DNA of 63,867 bases, counting the filler. It is 10 parts of 10 records of this genome, joined end to end, with 100 filler letters (N's around TTAATTAATTAA, not from the genome) between each part and the next. Parts side by side here need not be neighbours in the genome. Positions count along the whole stretch, not along the records: positions 1 to 10,891 come from SRR31147125_87398; positions 10,992 to 16,405 come from SRR31147125_87772; positions 16,506 to 21,549 come from SRR31147125_87786; 7 more parts are not named here. The stretch is one strand, 5' to 3'. The position numbers and the translations under genes are program-made. Within the stretch, counting starts at the first letter, position 1; every line of letters starts with the position of its first letter. Shown here in pieces: positions 10,769-21,129 of this stretch. Below the pieces are notes generated by a model. It was not told the DNA's origin, ran no database searches, and worked only from the letters and a program-made list of their open reading frames with translations.

Positions 10769-10891
10769 ATGTTAGATATACTAAAAAAGCAGGTTTGTGA
10801 TGCAAATTTGAAGCTTGTTGAACTGGGCCTTGTGCTTTTCACATGGGGAAACGTGAGCGCGATTGATAAAAACGAAGGCTTGGTTGTCATT
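10769..10891 (+). CDS. araD: L-ribulose-5-phosphate 4-epimerase (5' partial gene, cut by contig end)
   Basis: [29 protein letters not shown] matches the AraD N-terminus. Confidence 0.9.
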
Positions 10892-10991
10892 NNNNNNNNN
10901 NNNNNNNNNNNNNNNNNNNNNNNNNNNNNNNNNNNTTAATTAATTAANNNNNNNNNNNNNNNNNNNNNNNNNNNNNNNNNNNNNNNNNNNN
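10892..10991. other. Artificial contig spacer (N44-TTAATTAATTAA-N44); identical spacers at 16406, 21550, 27647, 32883, 39015, 44906, 50638 and 55935
   Basis: Identical 100-bp linker with stops in all frames; composition and gene content change abruptly at each one. Confidence 0.99.
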
Positions 10992-11561
10992 GACGGCATC
11001 CTTATCCACCACCTTGATCAGACGGGTAGGACAGAGATTGGCGCAGGTACCGCATCCCAGACATCGGCCCGGTTGAGGCACCACCAACCGATCCTCGCCC
11101 CGTTTTTCCATCTTGAGTGCCTGGGCACCGATCACGTCATTGCAGACACGGATGCAGAGGCGACATCGAATACAGCCGTCGGCCGGTGGAATGACATCCA
11201 CGTTGAACTCTGCGGCAATCTGTCGAATCCGATGGGAATCCGGAGCCATCTGCAGCAGCTTATTGAACGCCTTCCTCCGGGACTGTTGGACCAACTCCGA
11301 TTCGGTTTTCACCGATAGTCCCGGCTTCACTTTCAAAATGCAAGAGAGCATGACCACGGCTTTTCCCGATCGAGAGAGCACTTCAACACCGCACAGTTTG
11401 CACGATCCAGACGGTTTTAATGCCGGATGATAACAAAGATGAGGTATGGGAATGCCGCCTGCTTTAGCCGTCTGAAGAACGGTCTGGCCTTTCTTTGCCG
11501 TTACCGGTTGACCGTTGATAATCACCTCTATCTTTTGACCGGGTTCATTTCCATTTTCCAT
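10992..11561 (-). CDS. 2Fe-2S + 4Fe-4S dicluster protein (NuoG/HoxU-like N-terminal module); 3' truncated
   Basis: IPHLCYHPALKPSGSCKLCGVE...SC, CIRCRLCIRVC, CLGCGTCANLCP. Confidence 0.85.
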
Positions 11562-11571
11562 ATTGCGTTCC

Positions 11572-12021
11572 TCAATCATGGACAGCATCCTGCAGATCGG
11601 TCACATAGTCCTGGAGATAATGAAGTTCCTGGGTCAGGGCCCCCACATGGGATTTAACCAATTCTTCCAAGGCGACCATGCCGAGAATTTCACCCCCTGA
11701 GATGACCGGCAGGTGTCGGATCTTTGCCTTGATCATCATTGCCATGGCATCTTTGATTTCATCTTCCAGTTCAGCGACGATCAACCGACTGGACATCACC
11801 TTTTCAAGGGGAATCTCTTTGACGGTACTCTCCGGGAACATCACATGGCATCGGAGCAGATCCCGCTCCGTAAAGATGCCGGCGATTTTTTCACCATCCA
11901 TGATCAATACGCTGGAGACATGATACGCCGACATAATTTTCAATGCGTCTTCCACCGTCTGATGGCGATCTAAATTATGAACTTGTTGCTTCTCTTTCAG
12001 GAGTAACTCTTGGACGAGCAT
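11572..12021 (-). CDS. CBS-domain pair protein
   Basis: GIFTERDLL and IRHLPV motifs. Confidence 0.9.
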   Translation of the reverse strand: MLVQELLLKEKQQVHNLDRHQTVEDALKIMSAYHVSSVLIMDGEKIAGIFTERDLLRCHVMFPESTVKEIPLEKVMSSRLIVAELEDEIKDAMAMMIKAKIRHLPVISGGEILGMVALEELVKSHVGALTQELHYLQDYVTDLQDAVHD

Positions 12022-12168
12022 TATCCCCCCTTGAATTTTAGGGGTGAGTCTTAATTTCGGCCATTATTGGATGAGCCCCCTGTGGTTTCCAATTGGAATA
12101 CCCACCCGTTCCCCTACAAGTGCCGATGTTAAAACCATCCCCATTTTTTATTTCTTATGGTGTTCCGT

Positions 12169-12378
12169 CTACTCAAGTACCCTCAAGGAATCCTGAGGTA
12201 GGCGATGGGTGCCCAATCCTTGCAGACTCACCTCGATCAGTGCATCGGGATCGTTAATGGCGGTATCGGGATCCGTCACCAGACCGTGGGCCCCCAGAAA
12301 CGTATCCATGTACGGTTCCCATGCCTCGTCATCCGATTTCCGGAACACTTCGATTTTTTGTCCTCTTCGAAACTGCAT
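12169..12378 (-). CDS. Small hypothetical protein (69 aa, possible SH3/KOW-like barrel)
   Basis: RBS AGGAGG, 15 bp downstream of the flavoprotein stop; FRRGQKIEV...G.V...L pattern. Confidence 0.65.
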   Translation of the reverse strand: MQFRRGQKIEVFRKSDDEAWEPYMDTFLGAHGLVTDPDTAINDPDALIEVSLQGLGTHRLPQDSLRVLE

Positions 12379-12393
12379 GGTATTCCTCCTGTT

Positions 12394-14670
12394 TTATCCG
12401 CTGAACGGCTCCACATTGACCCCCACCGTATGCTTTCGGGCACATTGATTACAAAGCCGTTTGTTTTGAGTCACCACTTTTCCAATGCCATCGGTTTTCT
12501 TCTCCACATAATCGAGATATTTGAGTGGGCCCAAGACGGCGCCGCAGCTTTCGCAGTGAACCAATTTTTGTCGATTGAGAATGGTTCCGCACAACTTCAG
12601 CAGACGTTCGCCCTTTTTCTCTTCCATCACCAGGGCACCGTTGGGACAGTTGGCGGCACAGGCACCGCAGGTGATGCAGTTTTCCGCCGTCTTTCTAAAG
12701 TCGGTCTCACCGGGATTGTCGAAATCCATGTATCCGAAATGAAGCGCTCCGATGCCCATCTTGTCCCGGCAGACTTCCACGCACTCACCGCATCGACGAC
12801 AGATATCGCACCGCAGACAACGTCTGGCCTCTTCGCGAACCATGTTTTCCGTATAGCCCAACTCAGCCTGCTGAAACATGACCCGGCGTCTGTCGATGCC
12901 CAGCATGGGCATCTCCGGCCGCTTCAGCACCATTCGGGTACTGGCGGGCATCTCAATGGGGTTTTCCCGTCGGTACCGGGTGGGGACGCTGGGGATTTTA
13001 GGCTGCGGGATGTTGTTGAAATAGCGATCGATGGCTTCTGCGGCCCGCTTCCCTCCACCAATGGCCTCGATCACCGTGGCAGGACCCGTGACGGCATCAC
13101 CGGCGGCAAAAACACCCGCTTCCCCCGTCTCCATACAGGTATGCGTCACTTCGATGGTCCCCCGGCGAGTCCACTGCATCGATTTGAAATCCTTCATATC
13201 GTCGGTATCCACATATTGCCCGATGGCACTGATCACGGCATCGGCTTCCATGATATAATCGCTGCCGCCAATGGGCTCCGGATACATGCGGTCGCTGTCT
13301 TTCTTTTTGATCAGCTCCGCGCGAAGGCAGGAAAGACCGGTGAGATAAGCTCCCTTTTCAGTCATCTTATCTTCTTGTCCATCATGTCGCTCATCTTCTT
13401 TGCCTGGTTGCGGGTGACCCTTTTGAGGGGCGGTTTGTCCGGTTTCATCAGCGGTGCCGACAATTTTTGTGGGAACGGTGAGAAAAGAAAATTTGACGCC
13501 CTCTTCCTCGGCATGCTCCACTTCCTCTACATCCGCAGGCATTTCGGCCCGGGTTCGACGATACGCAATGGTCACGGACTCCGCCCCCAGTCGCAGACTG
13601 GTTCGAGCGGCATCGATGGCCACGTTTCCTCCACCGATCACCACCACCCGGCGTCCCGGTACCGTCCGATCACCAAGGGCGACATTGCGAAGAAACGCCA
13701 CGGCATCCACAACGCCCTTATCTGCGTATTTTTCTTCGCCGTCAATGCCGAGGGTCCAGGCTTTATGAGCACCGATGCCGATGAAAAACGCCTCATACCC
13801 GTCTGCTTTCAAAGCATCGAGGGTCACATCTTTTCCCAATCGGGTGTTATACCGGAACTCCACCCCCAACCGAGCAATCATGTCCACTTCCCGATCGATC
13901 ACCTCCCTGGGAAGTCGATACCGGGGAATCCCCACCATGAGCATCCCGCCCGGCACCGGAAGCGCCTCAAGAACCAACACCTTGTATCCTTCCAAGGCCA
14001 GATAGTAGGCGGCAGAGAGTCCGGCAGGCCCGGCCCCCACCACGCACACCTTCTTTCCATTGGAGGGCTTTTGCGGAGGATTGACGTATTTCCCATGGGA
14101 CATGGCCCTTTCGGCGGCAAACGCCTTGAGAAACTTGATGGAGACCGGCGTGTCGATTCGACCGCGAACGCACATCATTTCGCAAGGACGGGTGCAGACA
14201 AGGCCGCACACCCACGGCAGCGGGTTGTCCCGACGAATCACTTCAATGGCTTCGTCGTCCCGCCCCTCTCCGATGAGACTCAGATAGGTGGGCACATCGA
14301 TACCGGCCGGACAGGCCATCTGGCAGGGGGACGGAGAGAGCCGGAGACAATCCATGGTGGCGCAGTTACCGGTTTCCACATGACTCCGAAAGGTTTCCCG
14401 ATCCTTTGCCAAGGCATCCTTTAGCGACCGGCCAACGGCCTTTCCCGCTTCTGAAACCGTTTTGCCACTCCCATTGGATTGAAAGCACTCCTCAATCAGG
14501 GTGTCGATGGCACTCAGATGATCTTTTCCGGCGTGCCCGTTGGAGATCTCCTCCAATAACTTCAGAATCTGCTCTGAAATACGTCGAATTCTGGGTTCCT
14601 GTATGCTTCCGGAATTGATTTTGTCCGAAAGATTTAGAATCATCCCATGGACAGGGCATATATCGGCCAT
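12394..14670 (-). CDS. GltD/SudA/NfnB-like FAD- and NAD(P)H-dependent oxidoreductase with C-terminal 4Fe-4S dicluster
   Basis: PCQMACPAGID, CGLVCTRPCE, VGAGPAGL, VIGGGNVAIDAAR, YRRT, GVFAAGD, EARRCLRC, CITCGACAANCP. Confidence 0.9.
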   Translation of the reverse strand: MADICPVHGMILNLSDKINSGSIQEPRIRRISEQILKLLEEISNGHAGKDHLSAIDTLIEECFQSNGSGKTVSEAGKAVGRSLKDALAKDRETFRSHVETGNCATMDCLRLSPSPCQMACPAGIDVPTYLSLIGEGRDDEAIEVIRRDNPLPWVCGLVCTRPCEMMCVRGRIDTPVSIKFLKAFAAERAMSHGKYVNPPQKPSNGKKVCVVGAGPAGLSAAYYLALEGYKVLVLEALPVPGGMLMVGIPRYRLPREVIDREVDMIARLGVEFRYNTRLGKDVTLDALKADGYEAFFIGIGAHKAWTLGIDGEEKYADKGVVDAVAFLRNVALGDRTVPGRRVVVIGGGNVAIDAARTSLRLGAESVTIAYRRTRAEMPADVEEVEHAEEEGVKFSFLTVPTKIVGTADETGQTAPQKGHPQPGKEDERHDGQEDKMTEKGAYLTGLSCLRAELIKKKDSDRMYPEPIGGSDYIMEADAVISAIGQYVDTDDMKDFKSMQWTRRGTIEVTHTCMETGEAGVFAAGDAVTGPATVIEAIGGGKRAAEAIDRYFNNIPQPKIPSVPTRYRRENPIEMPASTRMVLKRPEMPMLGIDRRRVMFQQAELGYTENMVREEARRCLRCDICRRCGECVEVCRDKMGIGALHFGYMDFDNPGETDFRKTAENCITCGACAANCPNGALVMEEKKGERLLKLCGTILNRQKLVHCESCGAVLGPLKYLDYVEKKTDGIGKVVTQNKRLCNQCARKHTVGVNVEPFSG

Positions 14671-14818
14671 CTCAACCGTTCCTTTCTCTTATCTTTCAAT
14701 TACGAATAACCATCATATGCAGGAGACAACGGGAGGAAACGCTTATCTTTGCATCCCCTCCAAAGTGTTGTGATCCAATGGGAAACCGATGCAATCCACC
14801 ACCGATCGTCCCCCTTCA

Positions 14819-15333
14819 TTAAAATGCCGAATTTTCTAAAGATGCAATGGTGTTGGCGTGGCGCTCCCGTCGAATCTGGGTCATCTCTTCCACCTTACCG
14901 AACTTCAGACAGTTGGTGGTACACGTGGTGACACATGCCGGATCCAACCCTTGGTCGATGCGATCCATACAGTAATCGCACTTCACCACCTTGCCGGTAT
15001 TGACGTTCCATTGGGGCGCCCCCAGGGACAGGCGGAAATACAGGTTTTACATCCCACGCAAAGATCCTGGTCGATAAAGACGATGCCGTCTTTGCTTCGC
15101 TGCTGCATGGCCCCGGTCGGGCAGGCCGCCACACACCAGGGATTTTCGCAGTGAAAGCAGGACATGAAGATATAGGATGCCCGGGGAACCTCCCCGATCA
15201 TCCTGGGTCCCACCTGGATGATCTGACAGAGTCGAGGTCCCAACGGCAGATCTTTATTGGTTTTGCATTGAACTTCGCAAGTGGAGCAACCAATGCATTT
15301 TTTTACATCCTGAAACAGGTAATATTTACTCAT
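14819..15333 (-). CDS. 4Fe-4S dicluster electron-transfer subunit (PsrB/PhsB/DmsB family); frameshift near 15020
   Basis: CIGCSTCEVQC, SCFHCENPWCVAACP, CVGCKTCISACP. One extra G in the G-run gives CPWGAPQWN...KCDYCMDRIDQGLDPACVTTC, ending at TAA 14819. Confidence 0.9.
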
Positions 15334-15481
15334 TCAAGAGCCTCCAGAGATTTCATTTTTTCAATATCAGCCATGGCAAACGCTTGTATTAAGGCAGCTT
15401 GAACAAACGCGGGACAATGGCGACTGCGTTTGCTCACCCTAAAAGAAGATAAATCAAACAACGGATCAACAGGCTAACGGA

Positions 15482-16405
15482 CTAACCGATCTTGGATACG
15501 GAGACAAAATGTTCCTGATACGCAACGGCACCGCCGGCCTTGTCCCACACGTCCATTCCTCTTTTCATGAAACGATTGTCGGCAAGCCCTTTTCCGAACG
15601 CCCGACTCTCGATGGGAAGCCGGTGACCAAAGCCGTGGAGAACAAAAACCGCTTCCGGATGGATGACATCGGTCAATTGCGCCTTGATGGTTTCGGAATA
15701 GCCGTTCTGCCCAACCTGAACGGTTTCTCCGTCGGCGATCTTAAGGGATTCCGCCGCTGTTCGATTGATCCAAAGGGTATTCTCCGGTTTCTGCTCAAAA
15801 AGCATGGGGTTGTTCACGGTATGGCCTTGGGTGTGCTGCGCACAACGACCAAAGGTAAGACGGAAATGCCCCTCCGGTGGTGATTTGGGAGACTCATAGG
15901 GCTTAAGAGAGGGCAGATCACAAGATTCGAGTTTTTGTGAGATCATCTCAACTTTTCCGCTCTCCGTTTTAAACTTGAATTCTCCGAACTGTTTGTAGAT
16001 GGGAGCATCTGCCAGGGAAACCGTTCCATTCTCCTTGAAATCATCAATGGTGAGACCCGTCCCGTCCAGCTGGAAGTTCCATAGATCCTCCACTGTATCA
16101 AAGACCAGCTCCGGCAGATCCATCCGTTTTGCCAGCCCACTGATGATCTCCCAATCGGCTCTTGTATCGTAACGAGGTTCCACCGCCCGTTTTCTGACAA
16201 AAAAGAAGGGCTGGAGGGAGTTTTTCGTGGCAATGATGCTTTCCCGCTCCAGATAGGGGGAAAGAGGCAGCACCACATCCGAATTCCAGGCCGTGTCGGA
16301 CCAACTGAAGGTGACCGATACCAAGAGGTCCAGATTGTCCCACATTCTCTTGAGGCGATCGGGATCGGGATACGCCATGAGGGGATCGTGGCGATAGGCG
16401 ATGTA
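15482..16405 (-). CDS. Molybdopterin oxidoreductase catalytic subunit, PsrA/PhsA-like (C-terminal part only)
   Basis: SDTAWNSDVVLP..YLER, KTESGKVE, FRLTFGRCAQHTQGHT, IHPEAVF..HGFG. Confidence 0.85.
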   Translation of the reverse strand, partial: YIAYRHDPLMAYPDPDRLKRMWDNLDLLVSVTFSWSDTAWNSDVVLPLSPYLERESIIATKNSLQPFFFVRKRAVEPRYDTRADWEIISGLAKRMDLPELVFDTVEDLWNFQLDGTGLTIDDFKENGTVSLADAPIYKQFGEFKFKTESGKVEMISQKLESCDLPSLKPYESPKSPPEGHFRLTFGRCAQHTQGHTVNNPMLFEQKPENTLWINRTAAESLKIADGETVQVGQNGYSETIKAQLTDVIHPEAVFVLHGFGHRLPIESRAFGKGLADNRFMKRGMDVWDKAGGAVAYQEHFVSVSKIG

Positions 16406-16505
16406 NNNNNNNNNNNNNNNNNNNNNNNNNNNNNNNNNNNNNNNNNNNNTTAATTAATTAANNNNNNNNNNNNNNNNNNNNNNNNNNNNNNNNNNNNNNN
16501 NNNNN

Positions 16506-17090
16506 TTATAAAAACGAATTCATTTATAAAGAAGGAGACACCCCTTCTGGTTTTATTTTTCTTGTAGATGGGAAAGTGAAAATTTTCAAAGAAGGCGTTG
16601 GTGGTCGTGAGCAGATTATTCGAATGACTAAGCCAATGGGATACATTAGCTACCGTGCACTTCTCGCTGAAGAAAACCACAATGCTACTGCAGTAACACT
16701 TGAAGATTCGTTAGTATGCCATGTTACCCCTGAATTCTTTTTTGGTAAGCTTTTACGCAATGCAGATTGTTCAGAGCGTATTCTCAGGAAAGTTGCCCGC
16801 GAGCTTGGCTTCTCAAATTCAAGGACTGTTACCCTCACTCAAAAACACATACGCGGTCGTTTGGCTGAATCACTGCTTCTTTTAAAAGAAAAGTATGGGT
16901 ATGAGAATGATGGAGTAACCCTAAAGCCTTTCTTTCACGTGAAGACATTGCGAACCTTTCAAACATGACCACTTCAAATGCAATTCGAACTCTTTCAACC
17001 TTTGCTGGTGAAAAAGTAATTGCCATTGACGGTCGGAAAATTAAGATTCTGGATTTACAGAAACTTGAACGAATAAGTAAATTAGGATAA
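16506..17090 (+). CDS. Crp/Fnr family transcriptional regulator (5' partial; frameshift near 16924)
   Basis: GKVKIFKEG..GREQII, TLTQKHIRGRLAESLL. One added A restores LSREDIANLSNMTTSNAIRTLS (HTH) to TAA 17090. Confidence 0.88.
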
Positions 17091-17106
17091 TTCTAGATAT
17101 CTACTC

Positions 17107-17131
17107 AATCCTGCTTCGGCAGGATTTTTTT
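17107..17131 (+). terminator. Rho-independent terminator
   Basis: AATCCTGC-TTCG-GCAGGATT followed by a T-run, between convergent genes. Confidence 0.85.
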
Positions 17132-17134
17132 GCA

Positions 17135-19621
17135 CTATTCCTGAACATAAACACGCTTTACTCGTTGCGAGATTCCGGTTAATATTTCATACGGAATTGT
17201 ATCTGCCCATTGAGCCAATTGTGAAAGTATAACATGCTCCCCCATCAGTTCTACAGGATCGCCAGCCTTAACGCCCATGCCTGTAACATCAATCATACTC
17301 ATATCCATACAAATATTGCCAATAGTTGGAGCTTCAATTTTCTGATTGCTCATCCAAACATTTGCAACTCCACTACCAAAGCGTCTGCTATAACCATCGG
17401 CATAACCAACAGGAATTACTGCAACTTCACGAACCGATTCAACATCACCCATTCGGCTATAGCCAACTGTTTCTCCGGGAACCACTCTTCGAACCTGAGA
17501 AACAACTGTCATCCAATGTGCTATTGGCTTGCAGGTAATTTCAGAACCTGCAGATACCCCATAAAGTCCAATTCCAAGACGTACCATATCCATCTGAAAA
17601 TCAGGAAAACGCTCAATCCCTGCAGAGTTTAAAATATGCTTGTCAAATTTATATGGAAGTGTATCTTCAAGAACACGACTGAATTTAATAAATTCCTGAT
17701 ACTGCTCTCTGGTAAAAGAGTCATGCTTTTCTTCATCGCTTGCAGCAAGATGAGTAAAAGCCGACTTCACTCTTAAACTCGTTGCGGCTGAAATTAAAGA
17801 AAGGACATTCGTAAATTCATCAGATTCTCCAAATCCCAGACGATGCATTCCCGAATCAATTTTTAAATGAACTGGATAATCACGAACAGCTAATTTACGA
17901 GCAGCTTTTTCAAATCCAACAAATAGCTCTTCAGAATATATATTTGGTTCAAGCCTAAACTCAATCATGGTTTCAAAACTATGAGCTTCAGGATTCATTA
18001 CTACAATTGGTGTCTCAATTCCAGCTTGCCTTAACTCCAGCCCTTCATCTGCAACTGCCACAGCAAGGTAATCCACTTTCTGATACTGTAGCATTTTCGC
18101 AACCTCAGAAGTGCCACTTCCATACGAAAAAGCTTTAACCATAACCATTACTTTCGTAGTAGGCTCAAGTAAAGCCTTAAAAGCATTCAGGTTCTCAACC
18201 ATTTCATGAAGCCTGATTTCCAAACGGGTTTGATGAAATTTTTTCTGAAGCACCGATGAGATCCGCTCAAAATGAAAACTACGGGCACCTTTTATTAATA
18301 TACTCTCGTTCGAAAAATCAACATTCTTGAAATCCGAAAGAAAATCATCAGTCGTTTCATAAAAAACAACTTTCCCTTCAAACAGCTCTCTATTGTTTTT
18401 CAGCCCAATGCCTATGCCAATAAAACGATCAATTTTATTGAATTGAATCAGATGTGAAATCTCTGCTGCAATTTCATTCGAAACCAAACCTGTTTGTTGA
18501 ATATCGGATAGAATCACGGTTTTCTTTTTAGCTCCAGTTGTTTGTTGGTTCAAAAACTGAAAAGCGATAACCAGCGAATTAATATCCGAATTATAATAAT
18601 CATTAATAAGGGTGCAGTTATTAATTCCGTCTTTTAACTCCAGACGCATCGCAACTGGTTGCAGATTATTAAACGCTTCAATAACTTGCACATTCAATTC
18701 ATTATTTACGGCAGCATAAGCCAAACAGTGGGCTGCATTTTCTGCAGAAGCATGATCCGTATATGGAATATTAACACAATATACTTTACCAGAAAATTCA
18801 AAATTGAACGTCGATTTCGATTTATCTTTTTTTAGTTTGAAAAACAAATCAGCCTGCGTATCAACAAAAGACCAACCAATTAATTTAGTCGAAGTGTTTT
18901 CAAACTTATCTTGAACTTTTTCAGCAACACGTGTTTGATCCTGACAATAAATTAGCTTTTCGCAAGAATCAAATAGTTTCAATTTTTGCTCTATCTTCTG
19001 CTCAACACTCTCGAAATTTTCTTGATGAGCATCTCCAATATTTGTGAATATGCCAACATCAGGAGAAATCACCTCGGCTAGTTTCTCCATTTCTCCAACT
19101 TTTGAAATTCCTGCTTCAAAAATGGCTAAGTCAAACTGATCCGTCATATTCAACACCGACAAAGGAACCCCAACCTGCGAATTATAGCTTTTGGGGCTAC
19201 GAATGATCTTCTGGGTTTGAAACAAATCAAAAAGCCACTCTTTTACAATTGTTTTTCCATTACTCCCCGTAATAGCAATAACCGGATAATTATGTCTTTG
19301 CCTCACCCATCTGGCCAAAGCTTGTAGTGATAGGAGTGTGTCAGGTACAATGAGGAAACTGGCTTCAGGAAAGTTATCTATTGAAATATTTGATTCGGAA
19401 ACGACAAAAGAGCGAACTCCTTTTGCATATAATTCAGGCAAATAATTGTGTCCATTATTCCGATCACCTACAATTGCAAGAAATAAAGTGTTTTTCGGCT
19501 CATTTACAGTCCGGCTATCAATAGAAATATTAGAAATTACAACTTCATTATCATTTTGCTGAAAAGTAAGCAACTCTCCGCATAAAATTTCTTCAATTTT
19601 TTTAAGGCTGGTAGCAATCAT
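17135..19621 (-). CDS. alr: Bifunctional MurF-like ligase / alanine racemase (Bacteroidota fusion)
   Basis: AITGSNGKT, RSPKSYNSQVG, INDYYNSD; racemase part MVMVKAFSYG, KIDSGMHRLG, GYADG, GNICMD, TIPYE. Confidence 0.93.
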   Translation of the reverse strand: MIATSLKKIEEILCGELLTFQQNDNEVVISNISIDSRTVNEPKNTLFLAIVGDRNNGHNYLPELYAKGVRSFVVSESNISIDNFPEASFLIVPDTLLSLQALARWVRQRHNYPVIAITGSNGKTIVKEWLFDLFQTQKIIRSPKSYNSQVGVPLSVLNMTDQFDLAIFEAGISKVGEMEKLAEVISPDVGIFTNIGDAHQENFESVEQKIEQKLKLFDSCEKLIYCQDQTRVAEKVQDKFENTSTKLIGWSFVDTQADLFFKLKKDKSKSTFNFEFSGKVYCVNIPYTDHASAENAAHCLAYAAVNNELNVQVIEAFNNLQPVAMRLELKDGINNCTLINDYYNSDINSLVIAFQFLNQQTTGAKKKTVILSDIQQTGLVSNEIAAEISHLIQFNKIDRFIGIGIGLKNNRELFEGKVVFYETTDDFLSDFKNVDFSNESILIKGARSFHFERISSVLQKKFHQTRLEIRLHEMVENLNAFKALLEPTTKVMVMVKAFSYGSGTSEVAKMLQYQKVDYLAVAVADEGLELRQAGIETPIVVMNPEAHSFETMIEFRLEPNIYSEELFVGFEKAARKLAVRDYPVHLKIDSGMHRLGFGESDEFTNVLSLISAATSLRVKSAFTHLAASDEEKHDSFTREQYQEFIKFSRVLEDTLPYKFDKHILNSAGIERFPDFQMDMVRLGIGLYGVSAGSEITCKPIAHWMTVVSQVRRVVPGETVGYSRMGDVESVREVAVIPVGYADGYSRRFGSGVANVWMSNQKIEAPTIGNICMDMSMIDVTGMGVKAGDPVELMGEHVILSQLAQWADTIPYEILTGISQRVKRVYVQE

Positions 19622-19623
19622 AC

Positions 19624-20196
19624 CTACTTATCTTTATTGTAACAATTCCTGCAAAGTGGCTCGTACTCATCCTTTTCTCCCAGCAACACCTGTTTTTCAT
19701 TAGAAATCAATCGGTGAGAAAATTGTGCAATATTCCCACATCTCATACAAATTGCATGCACTTTGGAAACATAATCTGCTATGGCCATTAACTCAGGCAT
19801 AAGACCAAAAGGTTGCCCTTTAAAATCCATATCCAAACCTGCAACAATAACTCGCACTCCCATATTAGCTAACTTTGAGCAAACTTCAACAAGCCCTTTG
19901 TCAAAAAATTGTGCTTCATCAATACCAACAACCTCAACATCGCCAGTTAGTAAAAGAATATTCGAGGAATTTTCAACGGCAGTACTATGGATAGAATTTT
20001 CATCATGCGAAACGACGTGCTCCAAAGAATAACGGGTATCAATAATCGGTTTAAATATTTCAACTTGCTGACGTGCATATTTCGCCCGTCTCATGCGCCT
20101 GATCAACTCTTCAGTCTTCCCTGAAAACATAGACCCTGCAATTACTTCAATACTTCCGCCAGATTTTCGATGGCTGACATCCCTTTCAAGAAACAT
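19624..20196 (-). CDS. tdk: Thymidine kinase
   Basis: [26 protein letters not shown], Zn-binding C..C and YEPLCR.C. Confidence 0.97.
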   Translation of the reverse strand: MFLERDVSHRKSGGSIEVIAGSMFSGKTEELIRRMRRAKYARQQVEIFKPIIDTRYSLEHVVSHDENSIHSTAVENSSNILLLTGDVEVVGIDEAQFFDKGLVEVCSKLANMGVRVIVAGLDMDFKGQPFGLMPELMAIADYVSKVHAICMRCGNIAQFSHRLISNEKQVLLGEKDEYEPLCRNCYNKDK

Positions 20197-20274
20197 TTAC
20201 CGTTATAGAATTAAGATTTTAGTACTTTTACAAAAGTAACGAATTTGTCGAGTTTAATTGTTTATCGTGGAAAT

Positions 20275-21129
20275 ATGGATCAAAGCAAGTTATTACAAAT
20301 AATCAACAAAGATCTGGAGGAATTGAAGGAACTCACCAATGAGCTGATTCAATCAGAAAGTTTGTCAAAAATTGAAATTGAAATTGCCCTAAGTAAGTCG
20401 AAGCTTATTTTTCAGGAATTTGAATTACTTAAAGAAAAATCACTCACAACAAATATTTCGAATAAAGAGATTGAACTAGAATCAATAAAAACTACTGAAA
20501 AAAATATCACTCAAGCTCATCAAGAACAAGAAGAACCCGCCCCCACTAAAACGACAGACAATGAAGACACAAAAGAATACGAAGCTGTTCTTCAAAATAA
20601 TGAAACTTCTGTGATTGAGCCTGAAGTTGAGATAACTGAAAATGTCACGGATGAACCTTTTGAAAAAGAGCAGAGCAATATTCACGAAGAGAAAGATATA
20701 GTTACTCCTCAAATCGAAAATATTATAGAAAAAACTCAAGAAGTAGATTCTAATATTGAATCCTCTATTGAACAGGATGAATTCGTAGATAAAGAAGAGG
20801 ATGAAGAACCCTCAATAATTGTTGGGGAGACGTTTTCCAAAGGGAAATCGTTGAACGACTCCATGCCAGAAAGTAAAACTCTTGATCAAAAATTTGCTAG
20901 TTCACCTATCAATAAACTTGAACCTGCAATTGGTTTAAATGACCGCTTCTTATTCATCCGTGAGTTATTTGAAGGAGATTCAGATAAATATAGTGATGCA
21001 GTTACCGAACTGGACAATTTGAGTGATCTAAAAGAAGCCGTAAACTTCCTTAGCACCAATTACAAGTGGAAAAAAACAGAAGCTAGCCTCAAATTTGTTG
21101 AACTTGTTAAAAGACGTTTTCAATTATGA
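20275..21129 (+). CDS. Conserved Bacteroidota hypothetical protein with acidic linker
   Basis: C-terminal IGLNDRFLFIRELF motif; stop overlaps the rsmI start. Confidence 0.75.
   Translation: MDQSKLLQIINKDLEELKELTNELIQSESLSKIEIEIALSKSKLIFQEFELLKEKSLTTNISNKEIELESIKTTEKNITQAHQEQEEPAPTKTTDNEDTKEYEAVLQNNETSVIEPEVEITENVTDEPFEKEQSNIHEEKDIVTPQIENIIEKTQEVDSNIESSIEQDEFVDKEEDEEPSIIVGETFSKGKSLNDSMPESKTLDQKFASSPINKLEPAIGLNDRFLFIRELFEGDSDKYSDAVTELDNLSDLKEAVNFLSTNYKWKKTEASLKFVELVKRRFQL

Noticed and set aside
10892-10991. Recurrent TTAATTAATTAA palindrome within N runs as a biological repeat
   Set aside because: Identical artificial all-frame-stop linker between contigs.
12205-14424. 739-aa plus-strand ORF
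   Set aside because: Antisense shadow of the motif-rich flavoprotein gene; no recognisable domains.
17135-19621. MurF-Alr fusion as a novelty
   Set aside because: Well-known, widespread Bacteroidota architecture.
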